NCBI GenBank assembly: GCA_964622655.1
Contig: CAZUSQ010000001.1
Span: 5,427-36,115, forward strand
Length of the DNA stretch: 30,689 nt
Direction of reading: 5' to 3'
From: an uncultured Methanosarcinales archaeon
Lineage (GTDB): Archaea; Nanobdellota; Nanobdellia; Woesearchaeales; GW2011-AR4
Below the pieces are notes generated by a model. That model saw nothing but the letters and a program-made list of their open reading frames with translations, had not been told where the DNA came from and made no database searches. Shown here in pieces: positions 17,957 through 27,977 of the stretch. The first letter of the stretch is position 1; each line of letters opens with the position of its first letter. Made by a program: the position numbers and the translations under genes.

Positions 17957-19051
17957 ATGATAAAATTTGTTGATTTGAAGGCACAATACAATTCAATAAA
18001 GGACGAGATAGATAATGCGGTTCACGAAGTCGTAGGATCCACAACTTTTATTTTAGGAGAACATCTAAGGAATTTTGAAAAGGAATTTGCGGATTTCTGC
18101 AATGCGAAATATGCAGTTGGATTAAATTCAGGGACATCTGCTCTTCACCTTGCATTGTTAGCTAAGGGTATTAAAGAAGGTGATGAGGTAATAACAACTC
18201 CAAATACATTCATAGCAACATGTGAAGCAATATCCTACACAGGAGCTACTCCAAAGCTAGTTGACATAGATACTGAAACATGCAATATGGATCCAAAAAA
18301 GCTTGAAAATGCAATAACTCCAAAGACAAAAGCTGTTATTCCTGTGCATCTCTACGGTCAGCCAGCTGATATGAAACAGATAATGGAAATAGCCAAAAAG
18401 CATAATATAACTGTTATTGAAGATGCATGCCAAGCCCATGGTGCAGAACATTACAGAAAAAAAGTCCCTATATCAGAGATAGGTTGCTTTAGTTTCTATC
18501 CACCAAAGAACCTTGGTGCATATGGAGAAGGTGGTTCTATTGTGACAAACGAGAAGGAAGTTAACGAGATTGTAAGAATGTATAGAGATCATGGACAGAT
18601 AAGAAGGCATGTCCATAAATACATAGGTTACAACTACAGATTTGATGAAATTCAAGCTGCTATTTTAAGAGTTAAATTAAATCATCTCAATAGATGGATA
18701 GAAATGAGAAGAAAAAATGCTAAAATTTATGATGAAATGTTGAAAGATTGTGATGCGGCAATTCCTATAGAAAAAGATTATAACAAGCATGTTTATCATT
18801 TATACGTAATAAGAGTAAAAAACAGGCAAAAATTAATTGAGCATTTAAGTTCAAACAATATCCAAACAGGAATACATTACCCAACTCCAATACATCTTCA
18901 GGAAGCCTACTCACATCTTAACTATAAAAAGGGGAGTTTTCCAATTGCTGAGCAATATGCTAATGAAATTTTATCACTCCCTATGTACCCTGAACTTAAA
19001 GAAGAAGAGATAAGTCTAGTTGCAAAATCTATAAAGAAATTCTTAAAATGA
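17957..19051 (+). CDS. DegT-family PLP aminotransferase, WbpE/WlbC-like
   Basis: FVDLKAQY, NSGTSAL, PVHLYGQ, IEDACQAHGA, SFYPPKNLGAYGEGG, HYP.PIH.Q. Confidence 0.92.
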   Translation: MIKFVDLKAQYNSIKDEIDNAVHEVVGSTTFILGEHLRNFEKEFADFCNAKYAVGLNSGTSALHLALLAKGIKEGDEVITTPNTFIATCEAISYTGATPKLVDIDTETCNMDPKKLENAITPKTKAVIPVHLYGQPADMKQIMEIAKKHNITVIEDACQAHGAEHYRKKVPISEIGCFSFYPPKNLGAYGEGGSIVTNEKEVNEIVRMYRDHGQIRRHVHKYIGYNYRFDEIQAAILRVKLNHLNRWIEMRRKNAKIYDEMLKDCDAAIPIEKDYNKHVYHLYVIRVKNRQKLIEHLSSNNIQTGIHYPTPIHLQEAYSHLNYKKGSFPIAEQYANEILSLPMYPELKEEEISLVAKSIKKFLK

Positions 19052-19812
19052 AATACTTTCACTATCTTTTGGCAGCTTCTATAAGAAGATTGAGAAAAAA
19101 ATATGCAAAAACAAAATTTTTAGACTATCACAAGAATACACTTAAACTAGATGAACCGACAATGATTTTTAGTCATGACATAGACGAAGGCTATGAACCA
19201 AATATTGATAATATCATAGATTTGGAAAAAAAATATGGAATTAAATCTACAATGTTTCTTCTTGCAATGTCACATCCTTCAAAAAAATGGATAAATGCCC
19301 ATTCTAAATGGGATTTTCAATACCATGCAAACTTCATAGGCAATAGTTTAAGCAAAGTAATTGAGGAAAAAAGGCTCATAGACAATTTAATAGGGAAAAA
19401 AACAGAAATTATGAGAGCTCACCAATACCACTTGCCCGATTTAAGGCTAGTTAAGGATTATTTTAAAGCAGACTCGAGCTATGACAATTGGACAAAATTA
19501 AGCATGTTTAAACCATTTCTTACAACTTTAGGCATGATTGAGTTTCCACATCTTCCAGAAATAGAATTTATCAATTTATACAAAAACAAAGGGGATAATA
19601 TAAAAAAGATTTACAAAGATATTATTGAGATAGGAAGAAAAACTAATGGACTTATAATTGTTCTTACACACCCAACCACCTTTAAGAAATGGGGCAAACA
19701 AATACAAGAATTTTTCATTACACAAGATGGGTTTGAAGTAAAAACTATGCAGCAGGTTATGAATGCATTGAGAAGAAAATATAAAATTAACTATGAGCCT
19801 AGGTTTTTATAA
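19048..19812 (+). CDS. Polysaccharide deacetylase-like (NodB/CE4-type) protein
   Basis: SHDID metal motif, STMF, later His residues (YH, RAH), DSS and LTHP. ATGA overlap with the aminotransferase stop. Confidence 0.6.
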   Translation: MKYFHYLLAASIRRLRKKYAKTKFLDYHKNTLKLDEPTMIFSHDIDEGYEPNIDNIIDLEKKYGIKSTMFLLAMSHPSKKWINAHSKWDFQYHANFIGNSLSKVIEEKRLIDNLIGKKTEIMRAHQYHLPDLRLVKDYFKADSSYDNWTKLSMFKPFLTTLGMIEFPHLPEIEFINLYKNKGDNIKKIYKDIIEIGRKTNGLIIVLTHPTTFKKWGKQIQEFFITQDGFEVKTMQQVMNALRRKYKINYEPRFL

Positions 19813-20969
19813 ATATTATTAAACACTTTCATTATTTTTTCTCTTATAATTTTGTTTCTAAATCCGTACCTGTCTAAAAACTTCATCCCATTTTCAGAAA
19901 GTTTTTTCCTAAGATTTTTATCTTTTAATAGTTTGGCAATAGATTCACCCAGTAATTCCGGATTCTTTTTTTCAACAAGATAACCATCTTTTTTGTGAAT
20001 AAAAAATTTTTCTGTCATTCCAGCCTTTGTTATGATGCATGGTACTTTTGAAAGCATTGCTTCCAATATTGTTGTACTAAAGCAATTTTCGATAGCGCTG
20101 CATGCCACAAAAATGTCAGATATTGCGAGAAATTTGTCAACATTTGGTGTTGGGCCTGGCATGATAATATATTTTTCAATGCCAAATTTTTTGATTTGAT
20201 CTTCAATTTCTTTCTTTAAATGACCATCCCCAATTATTACAAATTTAACATTTTTTTTAGATTTAATTGCATAAGGCACAGAATTAACAAAAGTTAGTGG
20301 ATCTTTTAACTCTTCAAATCTTCCTATAAAAGTTACAACAAACTCATTTTTTATTTTAATTTCTTTTTTTATTGATTTTATATTATGTTTTCGTAGAAAT
20401 TTTTCTTCATCCAGAAAATTCTTTATATCAACAACATTAGTTACATTCATTTTCTTTATCTCTTCTATTATATCGTAATGCGCTGATGTTACTGCATCCA
20501 TTCTCTTAAGAACAAATTTATTCAGCCATTTGGGCAAGCCCCTTAAGCCGCCTCCGTGTTCTGTTAATACTATAGGTTTTTTATAAAGAATCTTTATTGG
20601 TAATGCCACTAATCCTGACAAAACCCAGTGGGCATTTATTAAATCACATTTCCTTGCTATTTTTAATGATTTCAAAAAGAATGCTAATGTGAAAAAGGGT
20701 GCTTGTATTTTTGCTAAAAGTTCTTGCTTAAAGCTTTCCTTCATCCCTCCACTGTATGTAAGTCTTTGCAAATTTTTTGGATAGAAATAATTAAAGCGAT
20801 ATATTTTAATATTGTCTCTTATCTCAAAATTTTTTGTATTTGCACTTCCTGAAGTGATAACACTAACATCTTCAGTTCTTGCCAATTCCCTTGACCATGA
20901 GTGCATAAATGGCACCCAGTAATCTTCTTTTGTTCTAGGATATGATGTACATAATATGCATATTTTCAT
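19791..20969 (-). CDS. GT4 (GT-B) glycosyltransferase
   Basis: ICILCTSYPR, INAHWVL..G, LTEHG, FIGRFEELKD, and ENCFSTTILEAMLSKVPCI. Confidence 0.9.
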   Translation of the reverse strand: MKICILCTSYPRTKEDYWVPFMHSWSRELARTEDVSVITSGSANTKNFEIRDNIKIYRFNYFYPKNLQRLTYSGGMKESFKQELLAKIQAPFFTLAFFLKSLKIARKCDLINAHWVLSGLVALPIKILYKKPIVLTEHGGGLRGLPKWLNKFVLKRMDAVTSAHYDIIEEIKKMNVTNVVDIKNFLDEEKFLRKHNIKSIKKEIKIKNEFVVTFIGRFEELKDPLTFVNSVPYAIKSKKNVKFVIIGDGHLKKEIEDQIKKFGIEKYIIMPGPTPNVDKFLAISDIFVACSAIENCFSTTILEAMLSKVPCIITKAGMTEKFFIHKKDGYLVEKKNPELLGESIAKLLKDKNLRKKLSENGMKFLDRYGFRNKIIREKIMKVFNNIYKNLGS

Positions 20970-21049
20970 ATTATTCTTTATTGAGGGTATATTTGCTATT
21001 CTTAAGCATTGCGCAAGCAGATTTATTAAATATTAAAAAATTCATAATA

Positions 21050-21059
21050 TTTTTAAATA
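21050..21059 (+). promoter_or_regulatory. TATA box TTTTTAAATA for the rfbF-rfbG operon
   Basis: Lies 21-30 bp before the ATG at 21080. Confidence 0.55.
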
Positions 21060-21079
21060 GCCGAACTTCCTTAAAAATT

Positions 21080-21775
21080 ATGCAGGTTGTTGTTTTGTGC
21101 GGGGGTAAAGGTACAAGGCTTAATGAGTATACTGAACAGATACCAAAGCCTTTGATAGAAGTAGGTGGTAAGCCTGTACTGTCGCATATAATGGATTTGT
21201 ACGGGTATTATGGACATAAGGATTTTATTCTATGCTTAGGTTATAAAGGAGAAAAAATTAAAGAATTTTTTGAGAATGAAGACTCGTACAATATAAGGTT
21301 TGTTAATACAGGAATTGACTCGAATAAGGCTGAAAGAATAATGAAAATAAAAAATCATATTAATAATGACAATTTTTTTGTTACCTATGGTGATGACTTA
21401 AGCAATGTTGATCTTGATGCTCTTTTGGAATTTCATCACAAAAATAAAAAAATAGTGACTTTGACTGCTGTAGAACTAATATCACCATTTGGAATAATGG
21501 AAATAAACAAAAAATGTGAAGTAACAAGATTCAAAGAAAAGCCAAAACTCAATCATCTAATGAATGGCGGCTTTTATGTCTTCAACCAAAAAATTTTTGA
21601 CTATATTAAAAAAGGCTACGACCTTGAAAAAGAGACTTTCGAAGAACTAGCCAAGAAAAAAATGATAGCTGCCTTCTATCATAAAGGATTCTGGAAATCG
21701 ATGAATACTTTGAAGGATGTTGTAGAACTTAATGATATGTTTGCCAACGGCAAAATGCCTTGGACAGGAAAATGA
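21080..21775 (+). CDS. rfbF: Glucose-1-phosphate cytidylyltransferase
   Basis: LCGGKGTRL.E.T...PKP, LCLGYKG, TYGD, FKEKP, NGGF, FWKSMNTLKD. True start is MQVVVL at 21080. Confidence 0.82.
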   Translation: MQVVVLCGGKGTRLNEYTEQIPKPLIEVGGKPVLSHIMDLYGYYGHKDFILCLGYKGEKIKEFFENEDSYNIRFVNTGIDSNKAERIMKIKNHINNDNFFVTYGDDLSNVDLDALLEFHHKNKKIVTLTAVELISPFGIMEINKKCEVTRFKEKPKLNHLMNGGFYVFNQKIFDYIKKGYDLEKETFEELAKKKMIAAFYHKGFWKSMNTLKDVVELNDMFANGKMPWTGK

Positions 21776-22740
21776 ACTGGAAAGATTTACCTGTGCTAGT
21801 CACAGGAGCTGATGGGTTTATTGGAAGCTGGGTAGCCAAAGAACTAATTGGAAAAGGAGCGAATGTATTTACTATTGTTAGGGATATCAAAAAATACAAT
21901 AATATTGATGTATTTGGCTTAAGGGAAAAAATTAACATTATACATGGCGACTTAATCAATTTTGATGTTTGCAACAGGATTATGGAAGAATACGAGATTA
22001 GTATGTGTTTTCATTTAGCTGCCCAAGCAATTGTAGGCACTGCAAATTTGTCTCCATTATCTACTTTTGAATCTAACATTAAAGGTACTTGGAATATCCT
22101 AGAAGCTGCAAGGCTTAGTAAATTTATAAAAGGTATTGTTGTTGCGTCTAGCGACAAAGCCTATGGTGTACAGAAAAAGTTGCCTTATACAGAAGAGTCC
22201 CCTCTGAGTGGGCTTTATCCATATGACTCATCAAAAGCTTGTGCTGATATTTTAGCAAGATCGTATTTCAAAACTTATGGATTGCCAGTTTCGGTAACTA
22301 GGAATGCCAATACTTATGGTGGAGCCGACCTTAATTTCAGCAGACTAGTACCAGACACAATACGCTCTGTTTTGTATAACAAACAGTTAATTATAAGAAG
22401 TGACGGCACTCCAGAAAGGGATTATATGTACATTAAAGACTCTGTTAATGCTTATTTAGTTCTAGCCGCAAATTTAAATAGGAAGAACGTAAAAGGAGAG
22501 GCATTTAATTTTGGGACTGGTAAGCCAATTAGTGTTTTGAATCTATATAACAAAATCATAAAGTTTATGAGTAAAGATAATATAAAGCCTAAAGTGTTAG
22601 GAGAAGCAAAACATGAAATTGATAGACAATACCTATCCATAAATAAAGCAAAAAAAGTTCTTAAATGGCAACCAATATATAGCTTAGATAAAGGGTTGAA
22701 AGAGACCATAGCATGGTATAAAATCTTTTTTAAAAAATAA
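21772..22740 (+). CDS. rfbG: CDP-glucose 4,6-dehydratase
   Basis: TGADGFIGSW, HLAAQAIV, SSDKAY (SDK motif), YDSSK, RNANTYGG.D.N..RLVPD. ATGA overlap with rfbF. Confidence 0.78.
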   Translation: MNWKDLPVLVTGADGFIGSWVAKELIGKGANVFTIVRDIKKYNNIDVFGLREKINIIHGDLINFDVCNRIMEEYEISMCFHLAAQAIVGTANLSPLSTFESNIKGTWNILEAARLSKFIKGIVVASSDKAYGVQKKLPYTEESPLSGLYPYDSSKACADILARSYFKTYGLPVSVTRNANTYGGADLNFSRLVPDTIRSVLYNKQLIIRSDGTPERDYMYIKDSVNAYLVLAANLNRKNVKGEAFNFGTGKPISVLNLYNKIIKFMSKDNIKPKVLGEAKHEIDRQYLSINKAKKVLKWQPIYSLDKGLKETIAWYKIFFKK

Positions 22741-22741
22741 T

Positions 22742-23848
22742 ATGAAAATTCTGGTTTTGATGAAGAGATTTGGTACAAATAAAGATTTAGTTATGCAAAA
22801 TTTTGGTAGGCAAATAAGATTATTTGAGCAGCTTAAAGAATTTGGGCATGATATCGATTTTCTTTGCTTGGACTATAAAAAGTTTGAATCAAAAAAAATT
22901 AAAAAAAATAATATTAATTATTATGTTGAGCCATTTAGTTTAAGTAAATTTAATGCATATTTTAAAAAATTAAACTTGCTTTTAAACAAAAAAAAATATG
23001 ATATTCTAGTTGCTTCAACGAGTCCTATTTTGGGTATTATAGGCTATTTTTACTCAAGAAAACATAAAATCAAATTGCTATATGACTTGCAAGATAGCTT
23101 TAATGTTTACACTGAATATAAGGTGCCATTGGTAAGCATAATTGATAAATACATAACTAAAAGAGCTGATATTGTCATTTGTGTGAGTGAAACTTTAAAA
23201 AAAAGAATTAAAAAATTTAGAAAAAAGCCAACTTATGTAATACAAAATGGAATTGAAAAAAAATTATTCAAACCGCTGGACAAAATAAAATGTAGAAAAA
23301 AATTGAGATTGCCTCTAGATGCAAAGATGATTGTTTATATAGGACATATCACAAAATTAAAAGGTTTTGATATTCTCCTAGCTGCTTTTGATAAAGTAAA
23401 GAATGTTTATCCAAATTCCTACTTGCTTGTAAGCGGACAAATTGATAGAGATATAAGCATAAAGCATAAGAATGTGTTGTTTGAAGCTTTGCCAAAAAGG
23501 GATCAAGTTGTAGTAGCAATAAATGCAAGTGATGTTGCTGTTATCCCGGATCCGAAAAATGATTTCACAGAGTACTCTTTTCCCTATAAGTTAGTTGAGT
23601 ATATGGCATGTAAAGTTCCTATTGTGGCATCAAGCATAGGCGATAAGTCATTATTATTAAAAAAATATGACAACAGCCTATGCAAACCAGATGATGCAAT
23701 TGATTTAAGTAAAAAGATTATGTCTAAATTAATAAGCCCAAAAAAAGCTGATTACAGCAAAATATTAAAAAAGCTTACATGGGAGTATTTGGCAATAAAA
23801 TTAAACAAATTGATTATAAAATATGGGAACAGCAAGAAGGATAACTAG
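22742..23848 (+). CDS. GT4 (GT-B) glycosyltransferase
   Basis: CVSETL, VIQNGI, YIGHI..LKG, FPYKLVEYMACKVPIVAS. Confidence 0.85.
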   Translation: MKILVLMKRFGTNKDLVMQNFGRQIRLFEQLKEFGHDIDFLCLDYKKFESKKIKKNNINYYVEPFSLSKFNAYFKKLNLLLNKKKYDILVASTSPILGIIGYFYSRKHKIKLLYDLQDSFNVYTEYKVPLVSIIDKYITKRADIVICVSETLKKRIKKFRKKPTYVIQNGIEKKLFKPLDKIKCRKKLRLPLDAKMIVYIGHITKLKGFDILLAAFDKVKNVYPNSYLLVSGQIDRDISIKHKNVLFEALPKRDQVVVAINASDVAVIPDPKNDFTEYSFPYKLVEYMACKVPIVASSIGDKSLLLKKYDNSLCKPDDAIDLSKKIMSKLISPKKADYSKILKKLTWEYLAIKLNKLIIKYGNSKKDN

Positions 23849-25241
23849 CAATTTTTTGAGTTTAACTGCATCTGAAGTGATTTCAAAAATTATACAACTC
23901 CTTATTTTTATTTATATAGCTAGGATATTTGGAAAATCTGAGTTTGGAAAATTTGGATTTGCACTGGCATTCTCATTTATAGTTATTATAATTGCTGACT
24001 TTGGATTTAATACTTTATTAGTGCGAGAGATTAGTAGAAATAAAAAGGAAGTTGAGAAATATATTTCAAATGTATTGACAATCAAAATTTTTCTTTCAGG
24101 ATTGACATTCGTTGCTACATTTCTTTATCTTAATTTAGTAAATTATACAAAAGATATTAAAATAATAACCTATTTAATGGTTTTATTCGCTGTGCTACAA
24201 TCTTTTACAGATCTATTTTATTCTGTTTTTAGAGCATTTGAGAGGATGTATTATGATTCTACAATAAAAGTTTTGCGTATGGTTGTATTATCAGCCCTTA
24301 TATTTATTTCTATAGTTTATAATGCAAATCTTATTATTGTGACATTGATGTTTTCAATTACTGAGGTGTTTGTGCTCGTTATTTCTTTAATACTTTATAT
24401 TAAAAATTTTGCAAATATCTCAATAAGATTCAACATAGAATTTATAAGGCATATTATTAGAAAATCCATATTTTTTTGTCTGTCGCTTATTTTTGCTTCA
24501 CTTCTTTACATTGGCATAGTACTATTACAAAACTTCAAAGGTTCTGACGAAGTTGGAGTTTATACAGCAGCCTTTAATCTACTTTTTGGTATTGTGTATA
24601 TTCCTTTAATGTTCTCCAATGCCGTTTTTCCTGTTTTTTCTAGATACTTTATTACAGATAAGTCTTTACTTAAATTTGTATACAGAAAATCATTCCAGTA
24701 CATGTTGATACTGGGTCTTCCAATTTCTTTGGGGATTTTTACTTATGCTAGAAATATAATACTCTTATTGTACGAGTCCAATTATGTAGCTTCAATAACC
24801 CCGCTTAAAATACTCAGTTGGATGGTTGTATTGAGATTTATAAATATCACATCTGGAACAGTACTATCAGCGATAGATAAGCAGGGCTCAAGGGTTTTCA
24901 GTCAAGGCACAGTAGCTACAATATACGTAATATTGAACATATTGCTCATACCAAAATTTGGATTTATAGGGCTATCTATAGCTACGATAATTTCTGAAAT
25001 TTTATTTCTTGTAATGTATTCCTATTTTATAATAAAACATAGCTTCAAGATAAACTTTATAGAATCTTCTATTAAACCAATTATAGCATCTATTTTAATG
25101 ACTTTGATAATAATTAATATCTCAGACTTATTTCTGGGATTTATAGTAGGTGCTATATCTTATGCTGTTATTTTGTTCACAATAAAAGCTTTTAACAAAG
25201 AAGATAAAGAATTACTAATGAAAGTTATAAGAAATGACTAG
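23823..25241 (+). CDS. wzx: Wzx/MATE-like oligosaccharide flippase
   Basis: About 12-14 TMs, YIARIFG..EFG.F, ADFGF..LLVREIS, EVGVYTAA, LLIPKFGFIG.SIAT. Confidence 0.9.
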   Translation: MGTARRITSNFLSLTASEVISKIIQLLIFIYIARIFGKSEFGKFGFALAFSFIVIIIADFGFNTLLVREISRNKKEVEKYISNVLTIKIFLSGLTFVATFLYLNLVNYTKDIKIITYLMVLFAVLQSFTDLFYSVFRAFERMYYDSTIKVLRMVVLSALIFISIVYNANLIIVTLMFSITEVFVLVISLILYIKNFANISIRFNIEFIRHIIRKSIFFCLSLIFASLLYIGIVLLQNFKGSDEVGVYTAAFNLLFGIVYIPLMFSNAVFPVFSRYFITDKSLLKFVYRKSFQYMLILGLPISLGIFTYARNIILLLYESNYVASITPLKILSWMVVLRFINITSGTVLSAIDKQGSRVFSQGTVATIYVILNILLIPKFGFIGLSIATIISEILFLVMYSYFIIKHSFKINFIESSIKPIIASILMTLIIINISDLFLGFIVGAISYAVILFTIKAFNKEDKELLMKVIRND

Positions 25242-25272
25242 CAAAAATTAAAGCATGCAGTTTAGTAAATAA

Positions 25273-25280
25273 TTTATATT
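25273..25280 (+). promoter_or_regulatory. TATA box TTTATATT for the CDP-alcohol phosphotransferase gene
   Basis: Lies 22-29 bp before the ATG at 25302. Confidence 0.45.
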
Positions 25281-25301
25281 ATAACCTTATAGCATCGAAA
25301 A

Positions 25302-26120
25302 ATGGTCGAGTCTATTAAAGAATTGTGGAAAATATGTTATGAGCGCCAGTATGTTTACAGGGCTTGGTATAATAAATATGTCAGCAAAGTTTCTATTTAT
25401 GTGACTTGGTTGCTTTTGCACACGCCAGTAACTCCTAATCAAGTCACTATTTTTGAATTTTTCTTAGTGATTTTGGGTTCTATATTTTTGTTTTTAGGAA
25501 AAATTGAGTATATATTTATTGGAATGTTAATTATTCAATTTACTAATTTACTTGATTGTGTTGATGGTGGAATTGCCAGATATAGGAAAAAATCAAGCCT
25601 TGTTGGATTGCATTTAGAGGAGGTGTACCATCATCTGGTCTCTCATCTTATATTTTTCCCTCTGGCTTTTGGAATATTTTTGCAGACAGGCTGGAAATCG
25701 GTGTTAATATTTGGCTTTATATGCTCTATATTCTCGAAGTCAATAATAATGCCAACAATGTTCTCTTCCATAATTATGAGCAGATTAAGCGATAACACAC
25801 CAAAGCATCTAAAACAGAACTCTAAAAGAAGTTCAAATAAGATTAATTTACAAGGCAGCGATATTGGTAAAAAATTGAGTGATATGTATGACAGATTTAA
25901 ATATCTGTGGGCTGTGCCGACAAATGTCAATTTGACGATAATTTCTATAATAGAATTGATAAATAAGAATTATAGCTTTGTGCAAAATTATGCTTTATTT
26001 TATTGGTTTTTGGTAATATACAGCATTGCAGTTATCCTGATGCAAGTTATATCATTCGTTGTTCAGTATAGGGGAAGGGCTGCAGAAAATTACTATAGGC
26101 GCCTTTTTACCAATAAATAG
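25302..26120 (+). CDS. CDP-alcohol phosphatidyltransferase family protein with a variant motif
   Basis: TPVTPNQVT and DCVDGGIAR..KSS..GLHLEEVYH (DxxDGxxAR...G motif), multiple TMs. Confidence 0.85.
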   Translation: MVESIKELWKICYERQYVYRAWYNKYVSKVSIYVTWLLLHTPVTPNQVTIFEFFLVILGSIFLFLGKIEYIFIGMLIIQFTNLLDCVDGGIARYRKKSSLVGLHLEEVYHHLVSHLIFFPLAFGIFLQTGWKSVLIFGFICSIFSKSIIMPTMFSSIIMSRLSDNTPKHLKQNSKRSSNKINLQGSDIGKKLSDMYDRFKYLWAVPTNVNLTIISIIELINKNYSFVQNYALFYWFLVIYSIAVILMQVISFVVQYRGRAAENYYRRLFTNK

Positions 26121-26337
26121 TTGTTGAATGCCTTATCAGTCAGAACACAACAAATGTGAAAGTCTCTTGAGAATTTGCAAATTTCAATGACTGTAGATGA
26201 CCGTAATGAAATAAATCTGCTACTATAGGGCTATAAACCACCCTACTTATTGGTTGCTTCCTATTCATTTGAAATGGCTGATATTAGGGTGATTTATAAA
26301 ATTTATGTCGATTAAAGGCATGAGTTTCAATTATTTC

Positions 26338-27246
26338 TCAACCACTCAATAGTTTTTTGATACCTTCACCTAACTCAACTTTAGGGTTCCATTTCAGTTC
26401 TTTCTTTGCTTTTGTTATATTAGGACATCTTACATGTGGATCGTCTGTAGGCAATGGTTTAAATACAATTTTGCTTTTACTTTTTGTTATTTTCTTTATT
26501 AATTCAGCTAATTCAAGTATCGTGTGTTCTTCTGGATTACCTAGATTTACTGGCTCATTTATTTTTGATATCATCAGTTTGTATACACCTTCTATCAAAT
26601 CACTTATATAGCAAAAGCTTCTTGTTTGTTTGCCATTTCCATAAACAGTTATAGACTTGTTTTTTGATGCCTGATTTATGAAGTTAGGAACTGCTCTTCC
26701 ATCGTCTTTTCTCATTCTTGGTCCATATGTGTTAAAAATTCTTACAATTTTTGTATCTATTTTATGAATTCTGTGATAAGCCATTGTTAGTGCTTCTGCA
26801 AAACGCTTAGCTTCATCATAACAGCCTCTTAAGCCAATTGGATTTACATTTCCAAAATAGCTCTCTGGCTGTGGATTGACTAATGGGTCACCGTAAACTT
26901 CAGATGTAGAAGCAAGCATGTATTTTGCCTTTTTTGCAAGGGCTAAACCAAGTGTGTTATGAGTTCCTAGACTTCCTACTTTAAGTGTCTGTATAGGTCT
27001 TTTTTGATAGTCTACAGGGCTTGCTGGGCTTGCAAAATGCAAAACAAAGTCCAATTTTTCATTTATGACAATATGTTCACTCACATTGTGATTGATATAT
27101 GTGAAATTCTTATTGTTTCTCAAATGCTCTATATTTTTTAAGTTGCCTGTTATAAGATTGTCCATGGCAATTACTTTATCTAAAAGAAATTCACATAAAT
27201 GGCTACCTATAAAGCCAGCTCCTCCTGTTACCAAAATTGTCTTCAT
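26338..27246 (-). CDS. uxs: UDP-glucuronate decarboxylase (UDP-xylose synthase)
   Basis: [67 protein letters not shown]. Confidence 0.9.
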   Translation of the reverse strand: MKTILVTGGAGFIGSHLCEFLLDKVIAMDNLITGNLKNIEHLRNNKNFTYINHNVSEHIVINEKLDFVLHFASPASPVDYQKRPIQTLKVGSLGTHNTLGLALAKKAKYMLASTSEVYGDPLVNPQPESYFGNVNPIGLRGCYDEAKRFAEALTMAYHRIHKIDTKIVRIFNTYGPRMRKDDGRAVPNFINQASKNKSITVYGNGKQTRSFCYISDLIEGVYKLMISKINEPVNLGNPEEHTILELAELIKKITKSKSKIVFKPLPTDDPHVRCPNITKAKKELKWNPKVELGEGIKKLLSG

Positions 27247-27977
27247 TTTTGTTTGTAATATTTGTTTGCCTTTTCAAGTTGTTCAAGACTTCCAATATCA
27301 TACCATTTTTTATCTGTCACATAAGAGTGTACTTTATCCCTTTTGTGAAGCCATTCAATAAATTTTCCTGCTTTATCGGTGTTGTTGCCTTGAGCAATGT
27401 ATTTTTTAATTAATTCAAGTGTCTTTTTAGTGAACAAGTAAATACCAGTTGAAGCCAAAGTCGATTTTGGAGCAATCGGTTTTTCCTCAAAATTTACGAC
27501 AATATTATTTTCGACTTCAACAACTCCATAATGCCTTGCCAATTCAAAATCCTCTACATCATGAAGTACAATAACATTTGATTTTCTTTTTTTGAAGAAG
27601 TTGACAACATCTGCCAAAGATAACTCAAAGAGATTGTCACCTGCAATAATGATGATGTCATTATCAAGGTTTTTTAGATTTATGGTATAATATATATCTC
27701 CTAAAGCTCCTAGTCTGTCTTGATTACTTTTAGTGCCATCATTTATTATTTCTATGGGTTTTTCTGCATCAAATTCATTTAGCCATTTTTTAAAATTATT
27801 CTTAAATTTATCATTTGTCACAACATAGATTTTATTAATCAATGCTATTTCTTCTAATTTTTTAATTATGTATTCTATTATGGGCTTTCCAGCTACATTA
27901 AGCAATGATTTAGGTGTATTTTCTGTTAGAGGATAAAGCCTAGTTGCATAGCCTGCTGCAAGTATTATTGCATCCAT
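27243..27977 (-). CDS. Sugar-1-phosphate nucleotidyltransferase (NTP_transferase)
   Basis: Intact [24 protein letters not shown] and WYDIG motifs. Confidence 0.9.
   Translation of the reverse strand: MDAIILAAGYATRLYPLTENTPKSLLNVAGKPIIEYIIKKLEEIALINKIYVVTNDKFKNNFKKWLNEFDAEKPIEIINDGTKSNQDRLGALGDIYYTINLKNLDNDIIIIAGDNLFELSLADVVNFFKKRKSNVIVLHDVEDFELARHYGVVEVENNIVVNFEEKPIAPKSTLASTGIYLFTKKTLELIKKYIAQGNNTDKAGKFIEWLHKRDKVHSYVTDKKWYDIGSLEQLEKANKYYKQK

Noticed and set aside
26121-26337. Gap between convergent genes with weak taggg/cccta complementarity, considered as an ncRNA
   Set aside because: No stable extended structure or tRNA/sRNA signature.
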